From contig BQFW01000013.1 of assembly GCA_020891255.1 (NCBI GenBank), forward strand, positions 868,001 to 932,000: a stretch of 64,000 bases of DNA, read 5' to 3'. Each line of letters begins with the position of its first letter. The first letter of the stretch is position 1. Positions 12,908-24,031 of this stretch are shown here, piece by piece. Source of the DNA: Entomortierella parvispora E1425. Its lineage: Eukaryota; Fungi; Mortierellomycota. Position numbers and translations under genes: made by a program. The notes under the pieces are model-generated. The model was given only the letters and a program-made list of their open reading frames with translations. It made no database searches and had not been told where the DNA came from.

Positions 12908-15900
12908 ATGGAGCTGTACGATGAGCGACTGAGATCATTCTCGACCGGGAATCGCCCCTGGCCCCATCCTCCAACATTCCAAGCTCGGCCGGAAACTGTA
13001 AGGGAGCCTTAAATTCATGAACCCCTACCCCCATTATCGAGGAATGGTTATTATCAGGGCATTGGTATTTACGTCTATGTATGTGTGTTGAATAGCTTGC
13101 GGACGCAGGATTCTATTTCGCGCCTAGTGCAGGATGGCCCGACAATGTTGTGTGTTTTCTCTGCAAAAAGGAGCTGGGAAGTTGGGAGATGTCCGAGAAG
13201 CCTCTCGAACAACACCTGGGTCATACCAAGAACTGTGGATTCGCAATATCAAAACTTCCTCCGAACCCTTTCGACTGGGACAATCCAAATGAGTTGCCGC
13301 AGGGCGATCGGATGTATAGGGCTCGTTTGCAGACCTTTGGCAAGTGGTGGCCTCATGACCAGGTCAAGGGCTTTAATGGAACTTCAGAAAAGGTATGTAC
13401 CAGGACACGGGTTGATATTCGTCTCTTCCCTCCTCATTTTGTTCAAGCAACGGATTCTAATCGTCCTAGATCTGACATGGAACTATTTTCTAGATGGCCA
13501 GAGCTGGATTTATTTTTTGTCCGACAGATGAGTCAGCCGATAATGCGCAATGTTCCTATTGTTCGGCAGCACTAGAGGGCTGGGAGCCCGACGATGATCC
13601 TGTGCATGAGCACAAGAGACGATTCCCGCACTGTCCGTTCTTTGCCGTTAGACCTACCGGACCTACTACGAAATCGACATCCCAAAGTGCGGCTTCATTA
13701 AAGCCTACAAAGAAGAGATCTGGAGTGACCAAAACAGCCGTCAAGAAGGAACAGGTTCGGCCTTGACTATATGCCTTTTAGACTGGACGCTCCTTCAGAC
13801 TGAAAGTTATGCTGACATTATTTGTCTTTTCCCTTATAGACACTGCCCAAAGCCACCGCTGCGCCAACACGTCCAACGCCGACAATCGTGAGTGCCATGA
13901 AGGGGCATTCAAACAGGAAACCCGATTTATCTCCGGCACGATCGGTGGACTTTGAGTTGATCGATGCTCTGTTCAATGGATCCGACTCTCAAACTGGAGA
14001 CTCTTCTAAAAGCAAACCCCTAACCTCTACGCGAAGCAGTGGAGCATTAAGCACCAGGTCGGAAACTAAAAGCAAACCCAAAGAGTCGACACCTGCAACG
14101 GTCGCTACCGGCAAAGCATCCATGGACACCAAATCAACTGAAGTTACCGGCCTCAAAGTACCATCGCCCCTGCAGGAACAAGCACCATCAGAAAAGCAGG
14201 TCAGCAGTAAAAAAGCTCTGTCTGTTGGCCGTAAGCCAAAGGAAGTCGCCAACCTCCGGAAACAGCCATCGTCAGATGTCCATGCAGCCAGCAAAACACC
14301 CAGTGATTCAAAGAGTGAACCGAGCAGTTCGAGGAACTCTACATCCTCTACTTCGTCGCTAGCTACTACATCTTCAATCACATTATCACAGTCAAGGAAT
14401 GTCGCCGTATCTGTCGTCATCAAGAAGCGAAAACTTACTGAGGATGAGCGGGAATTCAATAGGGAGAGGTGGTCCCATGTCGCTGAATACAATGGAGAAG
14501 ACGCACATGCCGACATGGTCGTTGGATCACCATCAGATCGAGTGACGAGTCCAGGAACTGCATCTGAGAGCTCCCCTTTTATGGATGTATTGGAGACGTC
14601 TGCGCAGAGCGGCACCGTGGCGGAGGAGCAAACTCAATCTTCAGACCAAGCTATGACAAGACAAGTTGCGAAACGAAGAACGGGTCGCCCGGGTCGCCAT
14701 CAAAAGGCCATCAAACTAGAGGAAACCGAAGTGAAAACGGTTCCTAAAACCAGGAGGCGGCCAGCGGCGAGAACTGCTACAAGGAGATCGACTAGGAGCA
14801 CCAAGAAAGCCCCAAAACCTCTCATTGAAATCCTCATGGAGGACGACCCAATGGAATCTCTGTCGGCAGTTGCTTCGGAAGAAGATGCAGCCAATAGAGC
14901 AGAACTTCCGATACAGGAAGATGCTGAGCCTCATATGGAAAGTCAGAACCAGGATGTTGAGGATATCGTTGTTCAGCAGGAGACGTTCGACCAAGAGTTG
15001 GAGCCTCATCCGGATGAGTCAGCCATGCCCCTAGATGAGGTTGATCTTGCATCTCCATCACCACCTTCAACACCGCCACGCCTCACTCGACAGAGCTCTG
15101 TATCTCCACCGTCAACACCGGTGAGAGACCCTCCTTTGTTTACAATGATGATGACACCAGACCGGGGTCCTCCATCAACACCTCTCCTCTCGACGCCAAT
15201 TCGTGGTACACCTTCTATTCCGCTCCTCGCAACACCTGTGCGTAAGCAAGCCGTATCCTTACTGGACATTGAGAACGCAAAGGTTGTCGTTGTGGATCCT
15301 TCGACTCCTATACGAAGACCTGCATCACGAGCAGATATTGACGATTGGGAAGATGAAGAACAGCCTGGGAGTGCAGGATCCGGATCACATATCTCCAGCC
15401 CGTTCATGTCGCCATCTCGTTGGGAGCTGGATGGAGCACTGGCGACATCCACACCAAAATCAAAGAGAACAGCCCATATACCAGGAATAACGCCTCGACA
15501 GCGTGTCCGAGATTTCATTGGCAATGCCTCAATGAGGTCTTCCACCAGAAGGACGCCCGCCCACGACTCGCCTTTTCCCAAAAGAACAGAGGATCTTGTT
15601 GATCTGAACCCAGATTTAAAGAAAAGTCAATTGGTGGATCGGCTGGAGACTCTGATGCAGGGTAACGCGACATCTGAGGTATTCGCGGTAGCAGAGCAAG
15701 CACTCCATGAAGAGGTTGAGATGATGAGGCGTTCTCAAAACAAGGAAAGACGGCGAGCTGCCAAGATGTCTGCCTCTGTACAGTCCGATCGTGACATGGA
15801 GGAGGCCGTAATGGACACTAGTAATCCAATTCTGCGAACGCCTGTAAAACAAACGCGGTCGAATGATTTTGCAGGACTCGATGACATTGTCAAGCCAAGG

Positions 15901-16383
15901 ACTCCTCTTCATGGAACTCCCATTGCCACAGTTATTGCAGCTCTTGGCGCTGCGTCGCGCCGCAACAACCCAAACCCGTTCTCGCCCAGTGCCAGGAAGA
16001 CGACTGATATCCTAAAGTTGTCTGATCTGGAACCCATTCAGCCGCCAGCACCGAGTGCACCTAGAGTCAGACGTGAACATTTGGATCGGCCGAGCGCACT
16101 CAAAGCTACAAACGATATTGCGGACAGAAGCAAAGCAGAGAAAACTGCCCCAAGCCGACCACTTTTTGAGGATTTGGATCCAAAAGAACGCGAGCGTCGT
16201 TTGCGACTGATGGATGAGACTGGACTGACAGCGGATCAGCTTTCCATGACAGTAGAGGAGTTCCACAGGGCGTGCATTGCAGAACAAGTGCAGGCGTTGG
16301 AAACGGCGGCAGATGCTTGGATCCTGCAGTTTGAAGAAGAGTGCGAGCAGCTGCGAAACGCGCTGATGGACGCCTCTTGTTGA
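12908..16383 (+). CDS. BIR1: BIR-domain chromosomal passenger protein (Bir1/Cut17/survivin-like), about 1063 aa
   Basis: Exons 12908-12997, 13096-13392, 13494-13754 and 13840-16383 all join in frame. There are two BIR repeats (ERLRSF..WPH..LADAGFYF..DNVVCFLCKKELGSWE..EQHLGHTKNC and ARLQTF..WWPH..MARAGF..DNAQCSYCSAALEGWEPDDDPVHEHKRRFPHCPF). A long S/T/P-rich middle precedes a C-terminal helix MTVEEFHRACIAEQVQALE, typical of fungal Bir1. Confidence 0.9.
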
Positions 16384-16528
16384 TGTTGAAGAGCAAGAGA
16401 AAGATGCTTGCTCGTGTAAAATTAATCCTGTAAAATACCTCGCATAAAATAAACCACGTCACAAAATTGAAAGTTATTTATAATCAAGACCTTTTTTCGA
16501 GGTTCATTTGTTCTTTCAACTTTCAACA

Positions 16529-18259
16529 ATGTCAGAGTCGATCCTCACGCGGCATCTCGAACGTCATGGCTTGGAGCTCGTCAGCGACAGGAGCAAGTAC
16601 CGCAAAGTAGTGGCGACACGAAGGCTGCTGGCAGGCGAAGTGGTGATGCGATCTCGACCATTATGTAATCCGGTCCTGTTTCCAACCCACCGCTCACAGC
16701 ACTGCGAAACCTGCTTCAAGACGCGGATACCAGCCTCAGCAGCAGCAGCAACGACAACATCAAAGAGTGCGCGAGAGTTGGAGCGGTGCTCCGTCTGCAA
16801 AAAGCGATACTACTGCGACCGCACCTGTTTTACAGTCGCGTGGAAGGGATGGCACCGCTGGATCTGCGCGGACAAAGATATGGAGGATCTGGATTATGAG
16901 ATGCTCAAGATGATCGTCATGTCGATCGAGCGACTCCGTAACGGATCTTTTCGGGATACTATTTCATCCGCTGCACCTGATGCCTCGACCACGGCCACGA
17001 CTGCTGGAATGCCTTTGCAGGAACCGCTCGAGTTGACGGCCTATGTCTTCTCGACCCTCATGGGCCACAGCACCGTCTCTGATCCGGGCACCTTGGCGAA
17101 ATATGAAGAGATTGCGACCCGAGTCCGAGAGCAGTTGATCCAGATCAAATTCCCGTTCAAGAGCAGTGTCAGTCAAGGAGAGCCGCCCTCCGTCCAGGAG
17201 CTGATCCAGTATCTGTGTCGATTCCATTGCAACAACTTTTCGATCCACGATGCGCAGTTGTTTACGATGGCGGAAGGCACGTTCCCGGTCGGAGCCCTTT
17301 TCAATCATTCGTGTCGACCGAATGCGATTGTGATGTATGAGGGTCAGATCCAGATCGTGCGGGCGTTGGAGGATATTGAGGTCGGACAGGAAGTCTGCTC
17401 GTCCTATGTCGATAACGGCGTCCAGCGCCAGGAACGGAGATTGCTGTTGAAGGAAAAGTACTATTTTGACTGCCACTGCCCACGATGCGAAGAGGAGGAG
17501 GAAGGAGAAGGAGATGAAAAGGAGGAGAGCAAGGATATGGTCGAGAGTGAATCCAAGAAAACGGCTGATCAGCGGAAAACAGGGTTCAGGATCTTGGACG
17601 ACTTGATTGAGGGTGATCAGGATGGACCCAATGGAGATGGCAAGGTCGATGGGGAATGGTTGACAAAACAGTTTGAGGCGATCATCCTACCAGGTGCAAA
17701 GTCTTTGCAGATGGTGGGACCTCCACTGAAGGCACCCAAGATCTTTACTCGGGCATCCTTCACGAGCTATATTCTTCACTCTCTCGTGCCGCTGATTCAA
17801 TCCGGGGCGACCGAAGCCGAGTACAGGGCGCGACTCTTTGATGTATACGGGAAACTTCAGTCCACGGAACATTGTCAACCCAAGCCCTTTACGACCACCG
17901 TCATGACGCACGCGACTTCATTCTTCAACACGTGTCTGGAACATCAATCGTGGAGGCTGGCCTCGAAGATTGGATGTTTTATTTTAGCACAGTATCTGAT
18001 GATTTATCCCCGACACCACCCGCTGGTGGGACTGCACGGATTTACTCTTGCCAAAAGTCTCTGGAACGATGTGGAAGCCGGCATGACGTCGGTCCGGTTG
18101 TCGTATGAGATCTTGGGGTTGACCCGGAGGATCTTGAAGGTCTCACATGGCATTCAGAGAGGCGACGAAAATGGGGATCTGGTCAGGGAGGTCGAGGCGT
18201 TTATGAAGACGGTCGAGACTGAATTGGGCTCCTCGCCTTTGCCCTCTCCCTCTGCTTAG
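16529..18259 (+). CDS. SET and MYND domain lysine methyltransferase (SMYD-like), intronless
   Basis: Split SET domain (VVATRRLLAGEVV ... GALFNHSCRPNA ... YYFDCHCPRC) is interrupted by a MYND zinc finger (CETC ... CSVCKKRYYCDRTC ... WHRWIC). A TPR-like C-terminus follows (YPRHHPLVG). Confidence 0.9.
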   Translation: MSESILTRHLERHGLELVSDRSKYRKVVATRRLLAGEVVMRSRPLCNPVLFPTHRSQHCETCFKTRIPASAAAATTTSKSARELERCSVCKKRYYCDRTCFTVAWKGWHRWICADKDMEDLDYEMLKMIVMSIERLRNGSFRDTISSAAPDASTTATTAGMPLQEPLELTAYVFSTLMGHSTVSDPGTLAKYEEIATRVREQLIQIKFPFKSSVSQGEPPSVQELIQYLCRFHCNNFSIHDAQLFTMAEGTFPVGALFNHSCRPNAIVMYEGQIQIVRALEDIEVGQEVCSSYVDNGVQRQERRLLLKEKYYFDCHCPRCEEEEEGEGDEKEESKDMVESESKKTADQRKTGFRILDDLIEGDQDGPNGDGKVDGEWLTKQFEAIILPGAKSLQMVGPPLKAPKIFTRASFTSYILHSLVPLIQSGATEAEYRARLFDVYGKLQSTEHCQPKPFTTTVMTHATSFFNTCLEHQSWRLASKIGCFILAQYLMIYPRHHPLVGLHGFTLAKSLWNDVEAGMTSVRLSYEILGLTRRILKVSHGIQRGDENGDLVREVEAFMKTVETELGSSPLPSPSA

Positions 18260-18498
18260 ACATTCAACATGCACTCCCACGTCCTTCCTGTGCTAGTGTC
18301 ATTAAAGTTCACATTCTCACGAAGACACACGTACTGTTGCAGCCATTGCTTTTGAATTGAGAAGTTCGGCTATCAGAGGGTTTTCTTTATGATTAGGTGA
18401 CAGACGACTAATTAAGAATGCTAATTACAGGGGCGAAAGGAGAGAAACGATGCGAAATAATAAAAAGGTCGTGGACGACACGAGTCCTTTTTCCCTTC

Positions 18499-19127
18499 TT
18501 AAAAGAGGAGAACGGCAGCACCGACGGCAGCGGCACCAACGAGGCCGAGGGAGGCAGAGACACCGGAAGCAGCGCCAGTGGGCTTGGGGGTGGTGCCAGA
18601 GGTGGTGGAAGGAGCTGGGGCGGTGGCGGAACCAGAGGCGGCGGTGCCTCCGTTCTTGTTGGCGGCGTACCAGTCAGCCTTAGCCTGGTACTGGGCGTTG
18701 TAAAGATCCAGTTGGTCCTGGGGGCACTTGGAAATGCACATGCCGGTTTTGGTCATGTAAGTGATGTACTTGGGGGTGCCACGGTCATGGGCGTAGCTGA
18801 GAGACTCCATGAAGTAAGGGCTGTTGGGGTCCGAGGTGAAGTTGGGGTTCATGTCCTTTCCAACAGACTATTAGTATAAAAAAAATGAGCCAAGGAGGAT
18901 TAGTTTTCTATGTATTATATTCACGACGTCCACTCTTTGCAGAAAAAAATCCAACAGGAGGGGGACGAGGGGCCAAAAAGTAGGAGAAGGGCGAGATGCA
19001 CTCCAGGGTCAAATTGACTTACGTCCAAGCATGTCTGAACGCAGGCACCGTTGGGCTTGAAGGGGTAATCAACGGCGCTGGCAGCGGCGACGATGGATGC
19101 GACGATGGCGATAGTAGAGAAACGCAT
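18499..19127 (-). CDS. Small secreted, probably GPI-anchored protein, 157 aa
   Basis: Exons 19127-19023 and 18867-18499. Signal peptide MRFSTIAIVASIVAAASA, four Cys in the mature domain, an S/T/P/G-rich stalk and a hydrophobic C-terminal tail (ASLGLVGAAAVGAAVLLF). Confidence 0.8.
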
Positions 19128-19257
19128 TTTGTTGATATGGGTTTGAGTGTGGGAAGGGAGGGGGGGGATGGACGATGCTAAATGAGGAGAGAGAAAGAGA
19201 GAGGAGAAAAAGAGAAAAAAGAGAGGGGAGGGGTCGCCAGGCTGGGGAGGAAGGGGT

Positions 19258-19264
19258 TATATAG
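19258..19264 (-). promoter_or_regulatory. Candidate TATA box for the secreted-protein gene
   Basis: Minus strand reads TATATAA about 135 nt upstream of the ATG at 19127, followed by a CT-rich leader. Confidence 0.45.
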
Positions 19265-22035
19265 TGCGAACAAAGCAATCAGATAATTCGATCGTGAGTG
19301 AGTGGCGCGGATCTGATATAAACCGGTCAATACCCAGGGACAACAACAGTCCACGGAGGGAGATCAATTCAGGAAGGGGATGAACGAGGACCGTCTTGCC
19401 TGTGGCACAACTTATCAGATCCCAGACCGCCAGAAACCCTTCTCTCTTGGCTGAAGTAAGTCTGTCATGTTCCCGGGTCAACCCCGCCGCCTAGCCTTGC
19501 TCTGGAGGAGAAGGGAAGAGAGATACAGGAAGAAAATAGAACAAAAGAATCCGGGCAACAACCAAGAGGAGAGGAGAGGAACCCAGGAAAGGTAACGAAG
19601 CCGTCTCTGTAGTTGTTTCTCATTGTATTCCAAGAAGAGCAGCCTGACGGTATCGGCCAGATGGAGCAAAAGTGAGCTGAGCTTGAGGAGGATAAAAAAA
19701 TGTCTCGCATTCATCCGCAGCCAGAAGGAAAGGAATGAACTCTGCGAGATGAATGTGTCTGTTTAGTCTGGGCGGCGGTGTTTTCTCTTCTTTTCCATTG
19801 TTTGCGTTTAGCCTGGTGGTCATGGAGACGAGGAAGAGGTCAGCCAAAAACCAGTTTTTTTTTGTTACTTATGAAGAGTGGAAGCAAGCAACCAAAAGAG
19901 AAGAGAGTAAAAAAAAAAGTGGATCTCAAAGACATCAGACAGACAGGCAGGCAGGCAGGCAAACAGACAGGCAGACAGACAGACAGACAGAAAGGAAAAC
20001 ACACGCATCTGGAATTTCCATCTGATAACTTTTAACTTTTCAGTCCACTAATCAGATCCAGGTGCGGTCCTTCAATCCCCGGGGACAAGAGCACAAAGAA
20101 CAAAACCTTGTGTGTGTTTGTTGACGCATTTCCCCCTTTTCAGACACCGCATGCGTCTGCGTGTGTCGAGGCTGGTTCGAGGCAACAGACGATGCGCGCA
20201 CATCTCTTTGTCTGTTTGTCTGTCTGTCTGCCTTGGCCTGCATCCCCCTTTTTCAGTCGTCCTTCTTTTCACACGAGAACCATCCTCGCTGCAAGACTAC
20301 TGTAGGGACCCAACGGCTACCAAAAAGAAGCTCCTAGGCATTCCGCCCATTCCTCCCCTCGCCCTCAAATTCCTTCCTTTCATCGCGTCTCTCTCGTGAG
20401 AGCCGTCGGGCATAGATCTCTCAACTATTGGATAGCGGGGGGAAGGCGGTCCACAAGAAAAAAGGAAGGATCAAAGGAAGGCAGATCAGAAAAAGCGCAC
20501 CCCAGCAGGTGACACCTTGCCATTGAAGGTCAGCAACAACAGATGGCGTGCCAATGAAGCACAGACTTTTGTTTTTCCTTCTGGCAAAATGATGACAAGA
20601 ACGAGGACATTTAAGGACAAACAGGGGTAGCATGACAAGGGGAGGGCGGGGAGGAAAGGAAAATTGGATCACAAAAGATGGCGACCTTACTAGATGTCAG
20701 CTTCTGCCCCCCCCCTTGAGGCGCCAATAGGTGAATACCCGTTCTGTTCTATCGTCTCATTGTCGTCGTCGTTTCGTCGTTCTTCGAAAAATGAACGCCC
20801 AAACGCCCATGACTGTCCCACACTTTCTTCCGGCTAAATCGGAGAGCTGCATTGGGAGGGACCCGTTAGTCATCCCATGTGCGAGTGAACAGGCAAAAGG
20901 GTACATGGACCCAAGCCACCATGAGGACTTTTTGGAACTAGCCTTTGCCCGTGAGAGTCCCGGTACAGAACGTGAACAAACCCAAGGAAGAAAAAAAAAA
21001 GTGTAAAAAACTGACTTTGTTGGCTCGGGTTGAGAGCCGCCTGGACCGTCTCTGCTGTTGTGCTCACTGCAAGTTGTGGACCGAGGGTTGACTGGGCCAA
21101 ACTTTGGGCGCGCCTTGATCCCCTCCTCTCCTTGCACAAATGAACCCACTCTCACTCCGCAACCACCCGCTACATGGTCCGCAAGGTTCAACGTAGAACC
21201 TGTCTCCTCCTTGACGTCTGTTTGTCGCTGATGTTCTCTGCCGCGTCATGACGGGTAGGTTTACCCCCCCTCCATTGAGGCATTGAGGGAGAGGATCAAG
21301 AAAATATGACTGACACGGCAGCGTTGCAAGTTCGACACTACAAAGTAATTAAAACGCCCCCTTTCCTCACCTCGTCATGAACTTTTTCTCTGTTTCTCGC
21401 GTGGCTCGAACTTGTTTATGGGGGATCCTGCCCCTTGGGAACCCAGGCTGCAGGAAGGAGCGAGCTGTCTCGTTTGTGCCCACTCAGCTGCACCAGCAGG
21501 GTGGGTGGTATGTTGTTCCATTTTCAATCTCCTTTGAGGATGTTCTGTTGAGAGTTGAGACCTGAGAAGGAACAACTTTGAAAAGAAAAAAAAAGATGGG
21601 CCAGTCTCGGGACTCGAAACTCAGCTCGAAGGGAGGATCTGATAAACCAGAACGAACAACCAAGGAGAGAATCTCTCCTCCCTGCAGTCTCGCCTCAGCG
21701 GAGAGGCGTAATTGCAGCTGAGCTATCCCTTCTTGTAATCAGATGTGAATGAAAGCCAGTTCAAAGAAGGATCTGATATCAGTTCCCTCTATTTTTTCTT
21801 CTTTCTTGCTTCGTATTTCTACTGCGTTGTTTCCCCCCTTCTTTTTTTTTTCTTTTTCTCTTTTCTTCTTCTCCTTGTGCTTCTTCACCCTCCACACTCG
21901 CCACCCCCATACCCTTCACCCCCACTCCCCATCTTCTCCTTTCTGGTCTGTTGCTGCCCATCTTTCTTCCCCCACACATCTCTTTGCGTACAAACACCCT
22001 CCTCTCCACCCCCTCCCCCCACACAGCAAACAATC

Positions 22036-23811
22036 ATGAAAACTGAAATAGAGAGCTACCCCAGCGATTCTAAGGAGACCCCTGTTGAATACGTTGATGG
22101 TGAAGCCCCTTCCAATTCCTCGGATGGCTCCCGCACCATCATTAGTCCCTCGAAGCACAGGCTTTTCAGGATCTTCATCGTGAACAAGAACATTGGTTAC
22201 TTGAACTTGGTCTCGTATCTCATTGCCTGTTTCGGTACCATTTGCTTGGTGGCCTACTTGTCCATTGTTCAACCGTTCGTCTTGACCGTGCTCTTGGGTA
22301 TCTCTGCAGACAAGGGTAACTTGACTGGTAACTTGGCCCTGTACGATGAGATCATTGCCCTCCCTGCCACTTTGCTCTGGGGTATCCTCTCTGATCGCAT
22401 TGGTCGTCGCCCTGTGTACTCCATGGGATTCACCTGCTTGGGTGCTGCTCTCATCCTGTACTCCACTGTCAAGAACGTCTACCCCCAAATGTTGCTCTGC
22501 CGTTTGCTCTTCTCTGTCGGTTCCGCCGCCTGTACCTGCATGATGACCGGTACCCTGGGTGATATCGCTGGTGGTCAGCATGAGCGTGGCCGTGTGAGTG
22601 CCATTGTCGGTATGTTTGCCGGTTTCGGTGGCTTGGTTTCTGGCATGGTCTTGATCCAGATCCCTTACCAGTTGGGAGAGAAGGTCAATAACGAGGTCGA
22701 GGGTATTCAGTTGGCCTTGACCATCGTCGGTGGTTGCGCCATTGGTTTGGCCGCCATCTTCTTCTTCACCATGCCCAATGTCAACGTGCCCGATGGTGCT
22801 ATCCGTCGTTACATGAAGCGCTGCGTCGGTTTGTCCAGAAAGGAAGATGAGGACCCTGCCCTCAAACCCCTCAAGATCGCCAACCCTTTTACCATGCTCA
22901 AGTATGGATTCTTGGCTGCTCGTGATCCTCGTATTGCCTTGGCTTACATCTCCAGTTTTGTCGTAAGTTTTTTTTTCCCTTTCTGTTTGTCAATTGAACA
23001 CTCCGATTTGAATACCCTTGAAGAATTCTTTTTCGTTCAGTTTGTGTTTCAAGCCCATTAATCGCCGCTCCCACACCTTTCTGTTCTCTTTTGTTCTTCA
23101 AATCACACGCAGGCCAGAGCTGATACCGTCCTGTTCACTTCCTACATGTCGCTCTGGGTCATCCAGCACTACATCGATTTGGGCTGGTGCAGAGGTACCA
23201 ACAGTTGCATGGCCGCTGCCGGTGACACCCACATGTTGACTGGTATGGGCCAGGGTATCTCCTTGGCTTTTGCCCCCATCTTTGGCTTTGCCAGTGAGCG
23301 TTTCAAGAAGTCCACCGTCTTGTCCGTGGCTGGTTTCATTGGTGCCATCGGCTCCTTGCCCTTTGCCTTCACAAAGATGCCCCCGGCTGACAAGTCCAAC
23401 TATGCTTTCGTGACCATGATCGGTATCGGTCAGATTGGTATGATTGTCACAGGTATGACCCTGGTCAACGGTACCTACATGGACCCCAAGTTCCGTGGTT
23501 CCGTCGCCGGTGTCTTCTCCTTCTGCGGTGCCATCTCCATCATGATCATGGTCAAGTTGGGTGGTTACCTCTTTGATGTCTGGATGCGCGGTGCTCCCTT
23601 TGTCCTCATGGGTATTGCCCATTTGGTGGTGGCCCTCGTCAGTATCTATGTCCGCATCGTGACCCCCCGATTGGAGCGTCATGACGCAGAAATGTTTGCG
23701 CTCGAGGCCGCGAGAAAGAAGGCTGGGCTTGAGGAGGAGGAGGGCGAGAAGGAGAACACTGAGGTTTGGAACAACGCCATGTTGTCCCTCACCCCTGGTT
23801 TCCATAAATAA
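22036..23811 (+). CDS. Major facilitator superfamily transporter, about 541 aa
   Basis: Exons 22036-22962 and 23113-23811 join in phase 0. MFS motif A (GILSDRIGRRPVY), a second-half equivalent (GFASERFKKSTV) and about 12 hydrophobic segments. Substrate not assignable. Confidence 0.9.
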
Positions 23812-24031
23812 GTCATCCATACATGCCTCCCCACCCCTTCCCCTTCTATCTTCTCTCCCTTCCATCTTTGCATAAAACTCCACCTCCATTACTCCGACTA
23901 CCATGTATATATAGTCCAGTCTGGCCGTATCCCCTGCATATAATTTCGACCGCAAGCATTAAAACTGTCCTCAGTCATCACCATTTTTTTTCAGATTCAT
24001 ATATGTAGAGTTTCTCGACTCTTTTTTATTT

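Noticed and set aside
19937-20232. (CAGA/CAGG)n run and an inverted (TCTG)n run about 220 bp apart, a possible hairpin or MITE
   Set aside because: Complementarity is limited to simple tetranucleotide repeats, and I saw no unique terminal inverted repeat or target-site duplication.
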